From a virus (taxonomy: Duplodnaviria > Caudoviricetes): a stretch of DNA of 47,931 nucleotides. The DNA is taken from positions 1-47,931 of the IMG/VR virus record IMGVR_UViG_3300034349_000050. One strand, given 5' to 3'. A model generated the notes under the pieces. It made no database searches and was not told the DNA's origin. It was given only the letters and a program-made list of their open reading frames with translations. Position numbers and translations under genes: made by a program. Shown here piece by piece: positions 38,471 through 46,284 of the stretch (position 1 is its first letter; every line of letters begins with the position of its first letter).

Positions 38471-38539
38471 GTGGCATGTGGAAAACCGATGAAGAAGAAA
38501 GCGCCGGCTAAACCCGGCAAAAAGCCCCCCGTTTATTAA
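38471..38539 (+). CDS. 22-aa basic micro-protein MACGKPMKKKAPAKPGKKPPVY
   Basis: GAGGA SD before a GTG start. It is below the ORF-track size cutoff. Confidence 0.55.
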   Translation: MACGKPMKKKAPAKPGKKPPVY

Positions 38540-38556
38540 TAGAGGAGATAAGTAAA

Positions 38557-38694
38557 ATGGCAAGTTCAGGCAGAAGCTCGGGTGCTCCGAAGGCACCAGT
38601 AAAAAATACCCAAGGTAAGAGCAAGCCGCCAATTAAGGGTGGCGGAAAGACAAATCCCTTTGGGAAGTCACCTACCAAACGGCCGGGCGATTGA
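38557..38694 (+). CDS. 45-aa basic Lys/Pro/Gly/Ser-rich micro-protein
   Basis: Strong GAGGAG SD. MASSGRSSGAPKAPVKNTQGKSKPPIKGGGKTNPFGKSPTKRPGD. Confidence 0.65.
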   Translation: MASSGRSSGAPKAPVKNTQGKSKPPIKGGGKTNPFGKSPTKRPGD

Positions 38695-38700
38695 AGGCAT

Positions 38701-38722
38701 AAGGCGCTATTCGTAGCGCCTT
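38701..38722. terminator. Perfect stem-loop with TTCG loop (terminator or mRNA-stabilising hairpin)
   Basis: AAGGCGCTA-TTCG-TAGCGCCTT just after a stop codon. The U-tract is weak. Confidence 0.55.
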
Positions 38723-38740
38723 GAACCTAGGACATAGAAT

Positions 38741-39196
38741 ATGAGTAAGAAACCTGTGTATACTGACGAAGAGGTAGATGCCGCTGTAAAAGCAGGCTTC
38801 TTATCAAAGCAGGATGCTGCGTACCTTAAACAAGGGCTAGATACTCGTGGTAAGGCCATCGTCGATCCTTATGGTAAAGTCATGCAGGTAGATCGAGATG
38901 CAGCATTACAAATACTAGCATCTCCAGATATAGCAACGAAAGATAAAAAGAAAGCCTATGAAAGTCTTATTGCCTTTGATAAGGCAAATCCTCCATCCAA
39001 GAAGAAGTATGGACAAGGACATCCATGGGGTGGTATTGCAGGAGGGACTGTAGGTGGGTTAGCTGGAGCAGCGATCGGAAGCAGTCCGCTGGTAAAAGCA
39101 GCACTTGGAACAGGTGGAGCAATTGGTGGCGCCGCTCTTGGCTCAATGATCGCACCACGTAGACCAAGTCCCTACGAAGATCCACTAGGCGCCTAG
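38741..39196 (+). CDS. Glycine-zipper protein with C-terminal YEDPLGA
   Basis: PWGGIAGGTVGGLAGAAIG...GTGGAIGGAALG. Confidence 0.75.
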   Translation: MSKKPVYTDEEVDAAVKAGFLSKQDAAYLKQGLDTRGKAIVDPYGKVMQVDRDAALQILASPDIATKDKKKAYESLIAFDKANPPSKKKYGQGHPWGGIAGGTVGGLAGAAIGSSPLVKAALGTGGAIGGAALGSMIAPRRPSPYEDPLGA

Positions 39197-39199
39197 ATC

Positions 39200-39511
39200 A
39201 TGGACCAAGAAGAAGAAAATAAGATCTTCACCACCCCAACTGCTCTCGGGTCTATATTCTTGGGCGCTGGTGCTGGTACAGCTGTAGGCGCTGGTATGCG
39301 TAGGCTATACAGAGGTAAAGGAACCGTAGCGTTCCAAAATATGGCAAAGCTTAAACCTATTGGAACGCTTATGTCAGCCGAGTCTTGGCAGGACTATTTA
39401 AACAATATAGTCGGTGGAACCGTAGGTTTAGGAGCAGGGTACGGCTATAATAAGCTGCAAGAGAAGGAAAGAAAGAGACTTCGCGCTTACAAAGACCCAT
39501 TAGGAGCTTAG
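39200..39511 (+). CDS. Glycine-zipper protein with C-terminal YKDPLGA
   Basis: Two GxxxG-rich hydrophobic segments. Confidence 0.75.
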   Translation: MDQEEENKIFTTPTALGSIFLGAGAGTAVGAGMRRLYRGKGTVAFQNMAKLKPIGTLMSAESWQDYLNNIVGGTVGLGAGYGYNKLQEKERKRLRAYKDPLGA

Positions 39512-39514
39512 AAC

Positions 39515-39940
39515 ATGGGAATTTGGACAAACCACAAGCAAGGTGATCTATTAAACGAAGCGCAAGGTGAAGCCTTGACAGCTGCTCGTGACAAAGAAAG
39601 AGCGATAAATGGTGGAAGGCCAGATAAGGCTCTTATAGAAGAACTGAAGAAGAAAGAAACCAAGAAGAAGGCTAAGGACGTTGCACCAACAAAGCCCAAG
39701 GAAAAAGTGGGGCCAAGACCGAAGGCAGAAGTTAAGGCGGAAACCAAGAGGGAACCACCTCCAGTACAAGGTGTGTCGAAAAAGAGTAACACGGCGCTGC
39801 TCAACTTCATGGGTGAACCAAGAAAGATACCTAAACCTCAGTGGAAAAGGAAAGCTTGGCTGGCGGGTGGTGGTACGCTAGCAGCAGGGATAGGATATAA
39901 AACATACGAGCACTATAAAGACCCACTGGAGAAAGATTAA
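39515..39940 (+). CDS. Lys-rich protein with a C-terminal Gly-rich hydrophobic segment and YKDPL
   Basis: AGGAG SD and WLAGGGTLAAGIGY...YKDPLEKD. Confidence 0.75.
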   Translation: MGIWTNHKQGDLLNEAQGEALTAARDKERAINGGRPDKALIEELKKKETKKKAKDVAPTKPKEKVGPRPKAEVKAETKREPPPVQGVSKKSNTALLNFMGEPRKIPKPQWKRKAWLAGGGTLAAGIGYKTYEHYKDPLEKD

Positions 39941-40167
39941 TGGCTAAGCTAACGAAAGACCAGCGCGATGCATTAAAAGACGATGATTTCGTCTTTAAAA
40001 AAGAACGTAGATACCCGTACAATGACCCGTCTCACGCCGTTGCGGCCCTTGCAAGAAGTTCTCAGCATGGTACGCCGGAAGAAAAAAAACAGGTTAAGAG
40101 TGCAGTATGCACTCGCTACCCAGGGCTTAACGCCTGTAAAACTGACTCTTACAAGAGCCCGCTATAA
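39940..40167 (+). CDS. Small DUF6582-like protein with C-terminal YKSPL
   Basis: LT...RD.L.D.DF.F.KERRYP..D..HA..ALAR resembles DUF6582 from memory (not searched). TAATG coupling to the upstream gene. Confidence 0.65.
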   Translation: MAKLTKDQRDALKDDDFVFKKERRYPYNDPSHAVAALARSSQHGTPEEKKQVKSAVCTRYPGLNACKTDSYKSPL

Positions 40168-40249
40168 TGGACTACACTAATCTATTCAAACTCGCTCTGG
40201 TCAGAGTATAATCTGCGCAAGGGCTCCAAAACACCAGAGGACATATAAA

Positions 40250-41068
40250 ATGGCACAACAACAGTTTTCACCAGAACAAATTCAATCCGCCGTCGAAAGT
40301 GGTTTAATTACCCAGGAGGACGCCGACTCACTCCTTCAACAAATGGAAGGTGATATGCCGTGGGGTGCCGCCGCAGGCGCTACGGTCGGAGGTCTAGCCG
40401 GGGCTGGAATTGGTGCGCTGGTCGGTGGCCCGATGGGTAAGAAACTAAGTGGCGCAATGTCCAATCTAGCCGGCTCCAACGCTGTATCTAAAGGGCTAAA
40501 AACCGCAGGCGAGTATGGCGAAGGCGCTTTCAAAGGAGGCACTCGCAGCCAGCTTGGTGGTGACATCGCTGGCGCAGCTACTGGTCTTGGTGCTGGCGGA
40601 ATGGCCGGATCAGCCGCAGGTGGAATGATGGACAGTGAACCACAAGGTTTGAGCGACGAGCAGCAACAGCTTATTCAAGCCCTTATGTCGCCAGAAACTA
40701 GTCCTGAGGACAAGAAACAAATATTAGCAATGCTTCAACAGATGGAACAAGGTGGTGGAGAAGGTGATCCAAACGAGCAAGAGCCTGACCAAGACGTAGA
40801 CGATGGTTCTGGCTTCCCATGGTCTCAGGCAGCGGGGGGTGCTGCGGGCGCCGCAATTGGAGCTTCACTAGGAGCTGGCGCAGGCCACATGGCGACAAGA
40901 GGAGCAGCGGGTATGATGGGTAAACCGCGCCTAGGCGGATTTAATGCCGCGCAGATGGGTGGAGCAGGAGCAGGACTTGGATTGGGTGGAGCCGGGGGGA
41001 TCGGAGCTATGGGGATGATGATGGATCCTCGTAAGCAACAGTACGCTGATCCACTAGGACAAGGTTAA
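40250..41068 (+). CDS. Glycine-zipper protein with an acidic linker and C-terminal YADPLGQG
   Basis: GAGGA SD and TATAAT at 40207-40212. Four Gly-zipper segments. Confidence 0.75.
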   Translation: MAQQQFSPEQIQSAVESGLITQEDADSLLQQMEGDMPWGAAAGATVGGLAGAGIGALVGGPMGKKLSGAMSNLAGSNAVSKGLKTAGEYGEGAFKGGTRSQLGGDIAGAATGLGAGGMAGSAAGGMMDSEPQGLSDEQQQLIQALMSPETSPEDKKQILAMLQQMEQGGGEGDPNEQEPDQDVDDGSGFPWSQAAGGAAGAAIGASLGAGAGHMATRGAAGMMGKPRLGGFNAAQMGGAGAGLGLGGAGGIGAMGMMMDPRKQQYADPLGQG

Positions 41069-41077
41069 TAGGAGGCT

Positions 41078-41746
41078 ATGATGTCATCTGAAGAAAATGC
41101 GTTTCGTGGAGAACTTTTTGATCTTGCTAAATCTAGAGGAATGTCCCAAGCGCAACTAAAACAAGCTGCGCAACCGCGTAATGCTTTGAAAGTTATTCCT
41201 CCTCGACGCAGCGCTCTGAAGATGATACCACAGTCATGGAATCCAGCCGTAAGCGTCGGGAAACAAGCAGGACAACCAAGCTGGATAAACGCTATGCTGG
41301 AGCACGCGGATAGGGGTAGTCTCGGTGTACCTGAAGAGACGCTAAGAGCCGCAGCGGAGAAGGAAGCGGCGAGTGCTAAGTTAGCGCGGGCACTAGGACT
41401 ACGCCACCAAGAACAAGGTGCGTGGAGAGAGGCGCTAGAAGGGGCAGAAGCAAGTGCTACTGCGCCTACGGCTAGTGTTAGAAAACCTTTAGCGTCAAGT
41501 CGACCAAGGCTCTCGGAAGAAGAGGTCGCAGCTAGAATAGCGGCCATTGAGCGAGAGAAACTAGCCGCAAGTAAAGTAGCTGATCTGGCTACCTCCCAAG
41601 CGGCCATGGGGACGAAGAAAATACCAAAAGGAAAGATAAGCCAAATCAAGAAACTTGGGCTTGGTCTAGGTGCCTTAGCTGCTGCCTATGGCGTAGGTAG
41701 ATACAACAGCCCTCTAGCACCTGCCGTAGTTGACACATCATGGTAA
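41078..41746 (+). CDS. Ala/Lys-rich protein with a C-terminal hydrophobic segment and YNSPL
   Basis: AGGAGG SD and LGLGLGALAAAYGVGRYNSPLA. Confidence 0.75.
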   Translation: MMSSEENAFRGELFDLAKSRGMSQAQLKQAAQPRNALKVIPPRRSALKMIPQSWNPAVSVGKQAGQPSWINAMLEHADRGSLGVPEETLRAAAEKEAASAKLARALGLRHQEQGAWREALEGAEASATAPTASVRKPLASSRPRLSEEEVAARIAAIEREKLAASKVADLATSQAAMGTKKIPKGKISQIKKLGLGLGALAAAYGVGRYNSPLAPAVVDTSW

Positions 41747-41871
41747 GCAAAGAGACTTGTGGAAAATGTGTGTATCTACTCGTCTACGGGTGCCCGTGCC
41801 AGCCTGCTAAGTGCAGGTACAACCTAGAACCTGATTCTGAGAAGTGCTTAGAGAGGAAAAAAGATGGATAG
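41740..41871 (+). CDS. 43-aa Cys-rich micro-protein
   Basis: MVSKETCGKCVYLLVYGCPCQPAKCRYNLEPDSEKCLERKKDG fills the gap and overlaps both neighbours. Confidence 0.45.
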   Translation: MVSKETCGKCVYLLVYGCPCQPAKCRYNLEPDSEKCLERKKDG

Positions 41872-42703
41872 GCAAGAGAAAAAGAGCTCTGTACCCTACG
41901 GCGCCATTTTAGGTGCATTACTAGGTGGCGCGGGTAAGGGCTACGTCGGCCACCTTCTTGGAAAGGAACTCGGTCTACAGGGTGGAGTAGCTAAAGGGGT
42001 TACTGGCTTAGTGGGTGCAATAGGCGCTGGCGTCGGAGGTTGGGCAGGAAATAAAGCTCAGCAAGGAGACTACGAGGGCGCCATGGGTATAGGAGCAGGA
42101 TTATCTGCGCTAATCGCAGCTGAGGGTATTCGCCATAAGTGGTTACCAACCAGTAAGATTATGGAAATAGCAGAAACGTCACCTAAGTTAGCGCAAGCCC
42201 TTGGAATTGGAGTCCCGCTTGGGGGCTACATCGTAGCTCCTATGATAGCCGAACAACTAGGTAGTGCCGCAGGCCGCCATTTAACTTCTCCCGAGAAACG
42301 TAGAGCCAAGGAAGCAGAACAAGCCGCACTACTAGCCCAGTACGCTGAAGCCAGCCGTGGAAAACCTAACCCTCTTGGTACAATGGCGGCTACTGCCGCA
42401 GGGGGACTTGGTGCTGGGTGGGGAGCTGGTAAGCTCCTTGGACCAAGAGTGGGGAGAATGCTTAAGGGAGATGAAAAAGCAAGAAAGATAAGAGATGCAG
42501 TTGAAAGACTAACAGATGCTAGAAAGAAGGAGCCGAAGGTAAAAGCAGCTGAAAGCAAAGCGTGGGATACAATAGCTGAGCACAAGCGGATTGGCATCGG
42601 CCTTGCCGAAGCTGGTGGCGCGCTACTTGGAGGAACTGGCGCTGGTGTTGGATGGTATAATGCAATGGACGATTCAGATAAATACAAGAGCCCATTAGCA
42701 TGA
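41864..42703 (+). CDS. Glycine-zipper protein with C-terminal YKSPLA
   Basis: GAGG SD, PYGAILGALLGGAG and multiple zippers. Confidence 0.75.
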   Translation: MDRQEKKSSVPYGAILGALLGGAGKGYVGHLLGKELGLQGGVAKGVTGLVGAIGAGVGGWAGNKAQQGDYEGAMGIGAGLSALIAAEGIRHKWLPTSKIMEIAETSPKLAQALGIGVPLGGYIVAPMIAEQLGSAAGRHLTSPEKRRAKEAEQAALLAQYAEASRGKPNPLGTMAATAAGGLGAGWGAGKLLGPRVGRMLKGDEKARKIRDAVERLTDARKKEPKVKAAESKAWDTIAEHKRIGIGLAEAGGALLGGTGAGVGWYNAMDDSDKYKSPLA

Positions 42704-43626
42704 GTAGATACTACGAAGAACCTGATAATAGCCTTCCCTACGGAGCCGTAATAGGCGCTGGGATTGGAGGTGCTGGTCAAGGTTACTTCGGATATAGAGC
42801 TACGAAAGCTCTGCCTGATCCGGTGTTTAACATCGCGCATCTTGGAGTCCTGGAAGGAGCCAAGAAAATGTGGAAAAACGCACCAGAAGGAAGGGTGCGG
42901 AAAGTACTAAACATAGGGCATGGAGTTGGGCACGGAATACATGGAGCATTAGCAGGAGCAATAGCTGGCCATGGTATGCAGAATGGGCAATATGAAGGAA
43001 TGGGGGAGATGGCGGGAGGTGTTGGTTTAGGCGTCCTTGGCTTGAAAGCTGCTGAACACTTATCTCCCACAGGCAAGTTTCTGGAACGCATGGAGAAAAG
43101 CAGGATAGGAAAGAAGATCGTTGATGATCTCTTCAACAAAGCAGCAGGGATAGCGCCGGTTATAAAGAACTCCCACGAAACATGGAAGAAAATGATAGAC
43201 GCAGCACCACTTGTTGCAGGTTCTGGAGGTGCAGGTCTTGCGGGAGCAGTTGGTTTTGGGGAACTTGGTGAGTACCTGACGAGCGACAAGAACAAGAAGA
43301 AAGCTCTTATGAAGGAGAACAAGGCCAAGTTGGAGAAGGCAAAAGAAGGCTATGTTCCTATGTCGCACAAAGCCCTAGCAGCTATGATAGGAGCAACTAT
43401 AGCTGGAGGAACGGGGGGTGCGCTGCTGGGGAAAAGACTTGGAGGGCACTTGCCAGCGAGAAAGTTTGCTGTGCTAGCAGGAAAGGACAACACCCGACTA
43501 GGGCGTATCTACGCTGGTGGAGTCAGCGGTACGATAGGGGCAGTAGGTGGTGGGATGGCGGAAAACAGGTTCGGAGACCGTAGGAAGTACGAAAATCCCT
43601 TGGATAACAAGCGTGTAAGCGTGTAA
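42700..43626 (+). CDS. Glycine-zipper protein, paralog of the upstream gene, with C-terminal YENPL
   Basis: ATGA overlap. PYGAVIGAGIGGAGQGY, Q.GQYEG and LG..LTS blocks are shared with 41864..42703. Confidence 0.75.
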   Translation: MSRYYEEPDNSLPYGAVIGAGIGGAGQGYFGYRATKALPDPVFNIAHLGVLEGAKKMWKNAPEGRVRKVLNIGHGVGHGIHGALAGAIAGHGMQNGQYEGMGEMAGGVGLGVLGLKAAEHLSPTGKFLERMEKSRIGKKIVDDLFNKAAGIAPVIKNSHETWKKMIDAAPLVAGSGGAGLAGAVGFGELGEYLTSDKNKKKALMKENKAKLEKAKEGYVPMSHKALAAMIGATIAGGTGGALLGKRLGGHLPARKFAVLAGKDNTRLGRIYAGGVSGTIGAVGGGMAENRFGDRRKYENPLDNKRVSV

Positions 43627-43787
43627 GCAAGATGTAATCTGGAAAAGTCTCGTAAGTCCTTGATTTCTACGCTCTAAGTACTAAAAGAAGTTGTAATGTG
43701 TTTTTGAAAAAAGTTAAAGTTTTTTTGAAAAAACAAACAAAAAACATTCAGTTCTAACTTAGCGAGATTTTACATTACAAATTACAC
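43613..43787. repeat. Non-coding ~170-bp element, copy 2
   Basis: GTGTAAGC x2, GATGTAATC, TAAGTCCTTGATT (43653-43665) and TTACATTACAAATTACAC. Confidence 0.9.
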
Positions 43788-43800
43788 TTTGGGGAACAAA

Positions 43801-44109
43801 ATGAACGAAGATGAATTACTAGCCCTCCTGTCGGACCCCAACATTCCGGGTGACCAGAAGAAGCGGGCACTTGCCGCTAAGGACAGGCATAAGACTGACT
43901 GGCCGGGGACAATTGCCGCGCTGGGAATGGACGCTGGCGCTGGCGCGCTAGGTATAACAGCATTAGATAAATGGGATCCGCAAAATATTCCCAAAGGATG
44001 GAAACGTAACACGGCAGGAGGAGTTATAGGTGGTGGCGCCGGACTGGCAGCGGCATATGGAATCAACGCTCTTCGTAACTACTACAGTAATCCACTAGGA
44101 CAAGATTAA
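43801..44109 (+). CDS. Glycine-zipper protein with C-terminal YSNPLGQD
   Basis: GGGGA SD before the ATG at 43801, and two zipper segments. Confidence 0.75.
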   Translation: MNEDELLALLSDPNIPGDQKKRALAAKDRHKTDWPGTIAALGMDAGAGALGITALDKWDPQNIPKGWKRNTAGGVIGGGAGLAAAYGINALRNYYSNPLGQD

Positions 44110-45113
44110 TGGCTACATACACCTCTTGGCAAGTAGAAGACGAACTGGTTAATTCTGGCGTAGATCCGGACATGGCCAAAAGCATAGCCTATCAGCTTGG
44201 AGATGATCGTCTAGATAGCGACCAGGTAATGCAGGCGAATAAGTACGCTGAAGTCAGGAACCCACGTCTACCACGAGGAAGTGAGGGAAAACAGGAGTCG
44301 AACTTTGTCCAGAATGCGGCAGGTGAAGGCGGATGGGCAGCAGGCGCATTGGCTAGTGCCAAATTGTTAGGCGGAAAAGGAAGCTTCGTCCTTCCATTCT
44401 TAGGCTCGACCGCAGGAAACTTAGGGACGATGAATGCCTCTAATTTCTACGACAGAGCCACAGTCCCACAGATGATTGGAGACGCCGCCGGAAGCTGGGG
44501 AGGTGGTGCTATAGGTCGGGTAGGTGGCGCGGCCTTAGGAAGAGCTTTAGGAGGCGCAGCAGGGGCCGCCGTAGGAACTGCAGCGGGAGCCGCCACGGGA
44601 GCCGCTACAGGCGCTTGGGGAGGCCCTCTGGGCATGCTTGCGGGTGGCGTACTAGGCGGATGGTTACTGCCTAAACTAATGCCTAACGGATCAAAACCTG
44701 TTGATGAGGACGACGGAAAGAAACCTAGAGGATGGGGAGTAGCTGCGCCATTACTGGCGGCTGGAGCACTCGCAGTACCAAGTAGCCGTAGGTTACTTAA
44801 GAGTGGAATTCCGGACACGGTGCAAAAATATCTAAATCCTCTAGCAGGACATGTTGACAGCTTCTTAACCAAGAATGGTGGTGGACTATATGGAAATATG
44901 CGCAAGGCTTACCAGGATGTGAGAAAACCCGGCATCGAAGCATATGAAGGAAGACAGAAGAGAAATATTTATGGATTTGGCGGCGGCTTCCGGGATTCGG
45001 CAAATAGTATGTCTGCGACAGGCGCCGCGATGGACTCAGTTGGAGAGTCGTTAACAGATTTTATCAAACGAAAAATGGCCGCAAGAGCAGCTAAAGCAGG
45101 AGTTACAACATGA
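44109..45113 (+). CDS. Long glycine-zipper protein with internal YLNPL
   Basis: GAALGRALGGAAGAAVGTAAGAATGAATGAWGGPLGMLAGGVLGG, with TAATG coupling. Confidence 0.75.
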   Translation: MATYTSWQVEDELVNSGVDPDMAKSIAYQLGDDRLDSDQVMQANKYAEVRNPRLPRGSEGKQESNFVQNAAGEGGWAAGALASAKLLGGKGSFVLPFLGSTAGNLGTMNASNFYDRATVPQMIGDAAGSWGGGAIGRVGGAALGRALGGAAGAAVGTAAGAATGAATGAWGGPLGMLAGGVLGGWLLPKLMPNGSKPVDEDDGKKPRGWGVAAPLLAAGALAVPSSRRLLKSGIPDTVQKYLNPLAGHVDSFLTKNGGGLYGNMRKAYQDVRKPGIEAYEGRQKRNIYGFGGGFRDSANSMSATGAAMDSVGESLTDFIKRKMAARAAKAGVTT

Positions 45114-45709
45114 CAAGACAATACGATGATGACAGTGGTGGCTCCATGCTTGGCACAATCGCAAAAGGAACAGGACTACTAGGCGCAGGATTGACTATGA
45201 CACCAGTTGGTAGACCGCTGCGAAAGTCAATAAGAAAGTTCGCGAGTCCTTTTGAGAGGCAGATCAGCGCTGTAGAAACTGCTTTAGGTAAGACGAAAGC
45301 GCCTATACAGGAAGGCCTAAACATAGCAACAGGCGGTGCTTTTGGGTTAGGAAAACTCGCACAGAAAGACGCAAGATTAGAGAGAGAACTACTACAAAAT
45401 AGGAAAGACCCAAACTTGTGGAGTTCAACAGGACAAAATTTTCGGGATCTAGGATCAGGTATTGTAAATGCTGGACGCGGAATTAAAGAAACCCTAGCTA
45501 CTTTACCAACTGCTGCTACCGTAGCTCTTCGTAAAAAGGGCACCGAAGCAGAGCCAATGGGATCAGAAATGTGGAGGACTTGGTTAGCTTCTCCAAGATC
45601 AAAACATTTTTCTCCTGATGAACTAGAACTGATATTACGCCATCCTGGAACTACTCCTGATGAAAAGGCGCTTGCCTATATGCGAGGAATAGCTAATGCT
45701 AAACTATGA
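45110..45709 (+). CDS. Hypothetical protein related to the array family
   Basis: AGGAG SD and ATGA overlap. C-terminal ILRHPGTTPDEKALA module is shared with array members. Confidence 0.7.
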   Translation: MTRQYDDDSGGSMLGTIAKGTGLLGAGLTMTPVGRPLRKSIRKFASPFERQISAVETALGKTKAPIQEGLNIATGGAFGLGKLAQKDARLERELLQNRKDPNLWSSTGQNFRDLGSGIVNAGRGIKETLATLPTAATVALRKKGTEAEPMGSEMWRTWLASPRSKHFSPDELELILRHPGTTPDEKALAYMRGIANAKL

Positions 45710-46184
45710 AAAAGACGGCCGTATGGCCGTTCTCCTTTTCCTTGGGAAGTACGTCGTTAAGACCTACCCCACAGTAGCCGAATCACTTGGTCTTACTAAC
45801 AAGCAGCATCTAGCAAAATTACTAAAAGATCGGTTAGAAAAAGACAAGCTAAAAGCCCGTATTGCAATAGACTGGAGAAAACAACTCGCTGCTAAATTGA
45901 TGTTGGCAGATGACGAAATAGTACGAGCTACAAACACGATACTGGAAGTGATCGAAGATACCCTTGCTAAGGGAGAGCCAGTAAGAATCAAACACTTCGG
46001 TGATTTTCTCTTAACAGAAAGAGATTTTGAGGGAACTAAAATCAATACAGTGAGATTTAAGATTTCTCCATCTTGGTTAAGAGATCTAAATCCACCGCAT
46101 AGCGATGCAGACCTTGGTTTGAAAAGAAAGTATGGGAAGCGTCTTGAACGAAAGGCTCCTTCTAAAACTATTCAGTCCCCCTAA
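45696..46184 (+). CDS. HU/IHF-like DNA-binding protein with an N-terminal extension
   Basis: ILEVIEDTLAKGEPVRIKHFGDFLLTER...VRFKIS..L matches the HU/IHF signature, with a shortened arm. Confidence 0.75.
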   Translation: MLNYEKDGRMAVLLFLGKYVVKTYPTVAESLGLTNKQHLAKLLKDRLEKDKLKARIAIDWRKQLAAKLMLADDEIVRATNTILEVIEDTLAKGEPVRIKHFGDFLLTERDFEGTKINTVRFKISPSWLRDLNPPHSDADLGLKRKYGKRLERKAPSKTIQSP

Positions 46185-46284
46185 GAATTTTTTCAAGGCG
46201 CTCCATGGCTAATTTATTGTTCGCATGCTGACTGCACTCGCTGTCGCAGAAAATAATAATTCGCCTATCCTACTTCTGGCTTTA

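Noticed and set aside
36806-43787. Repeat pair as IS/transposon ends or an assembly duplication
   Set aside because: No transposase or target-site duplication is visible. The copies are diverged in spacers, so this is not an assembly artefact.
35714-45113. YxxPL as a eukaryotic YxxPhi or YPxL sorting motif
   Set aside because: The context is prokaryotic (SD sites, sigma70 promoters, holin) and the spacing differs, so the resemblance is superficial.
23827-45709. Numerous 60-200 aa antisense and alternate-frame ORFs
   Set aside because: They are fully nested in long + strand genes, lack recognisable motifs, and are expected shadows of Gly/Ala-rich coding sequence.
46185-46284. Bidirectional terminator at the convergent strand switch
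   Set aside because: No convincing GC-rich stem with flanking A/T tracts could be identified by eye.
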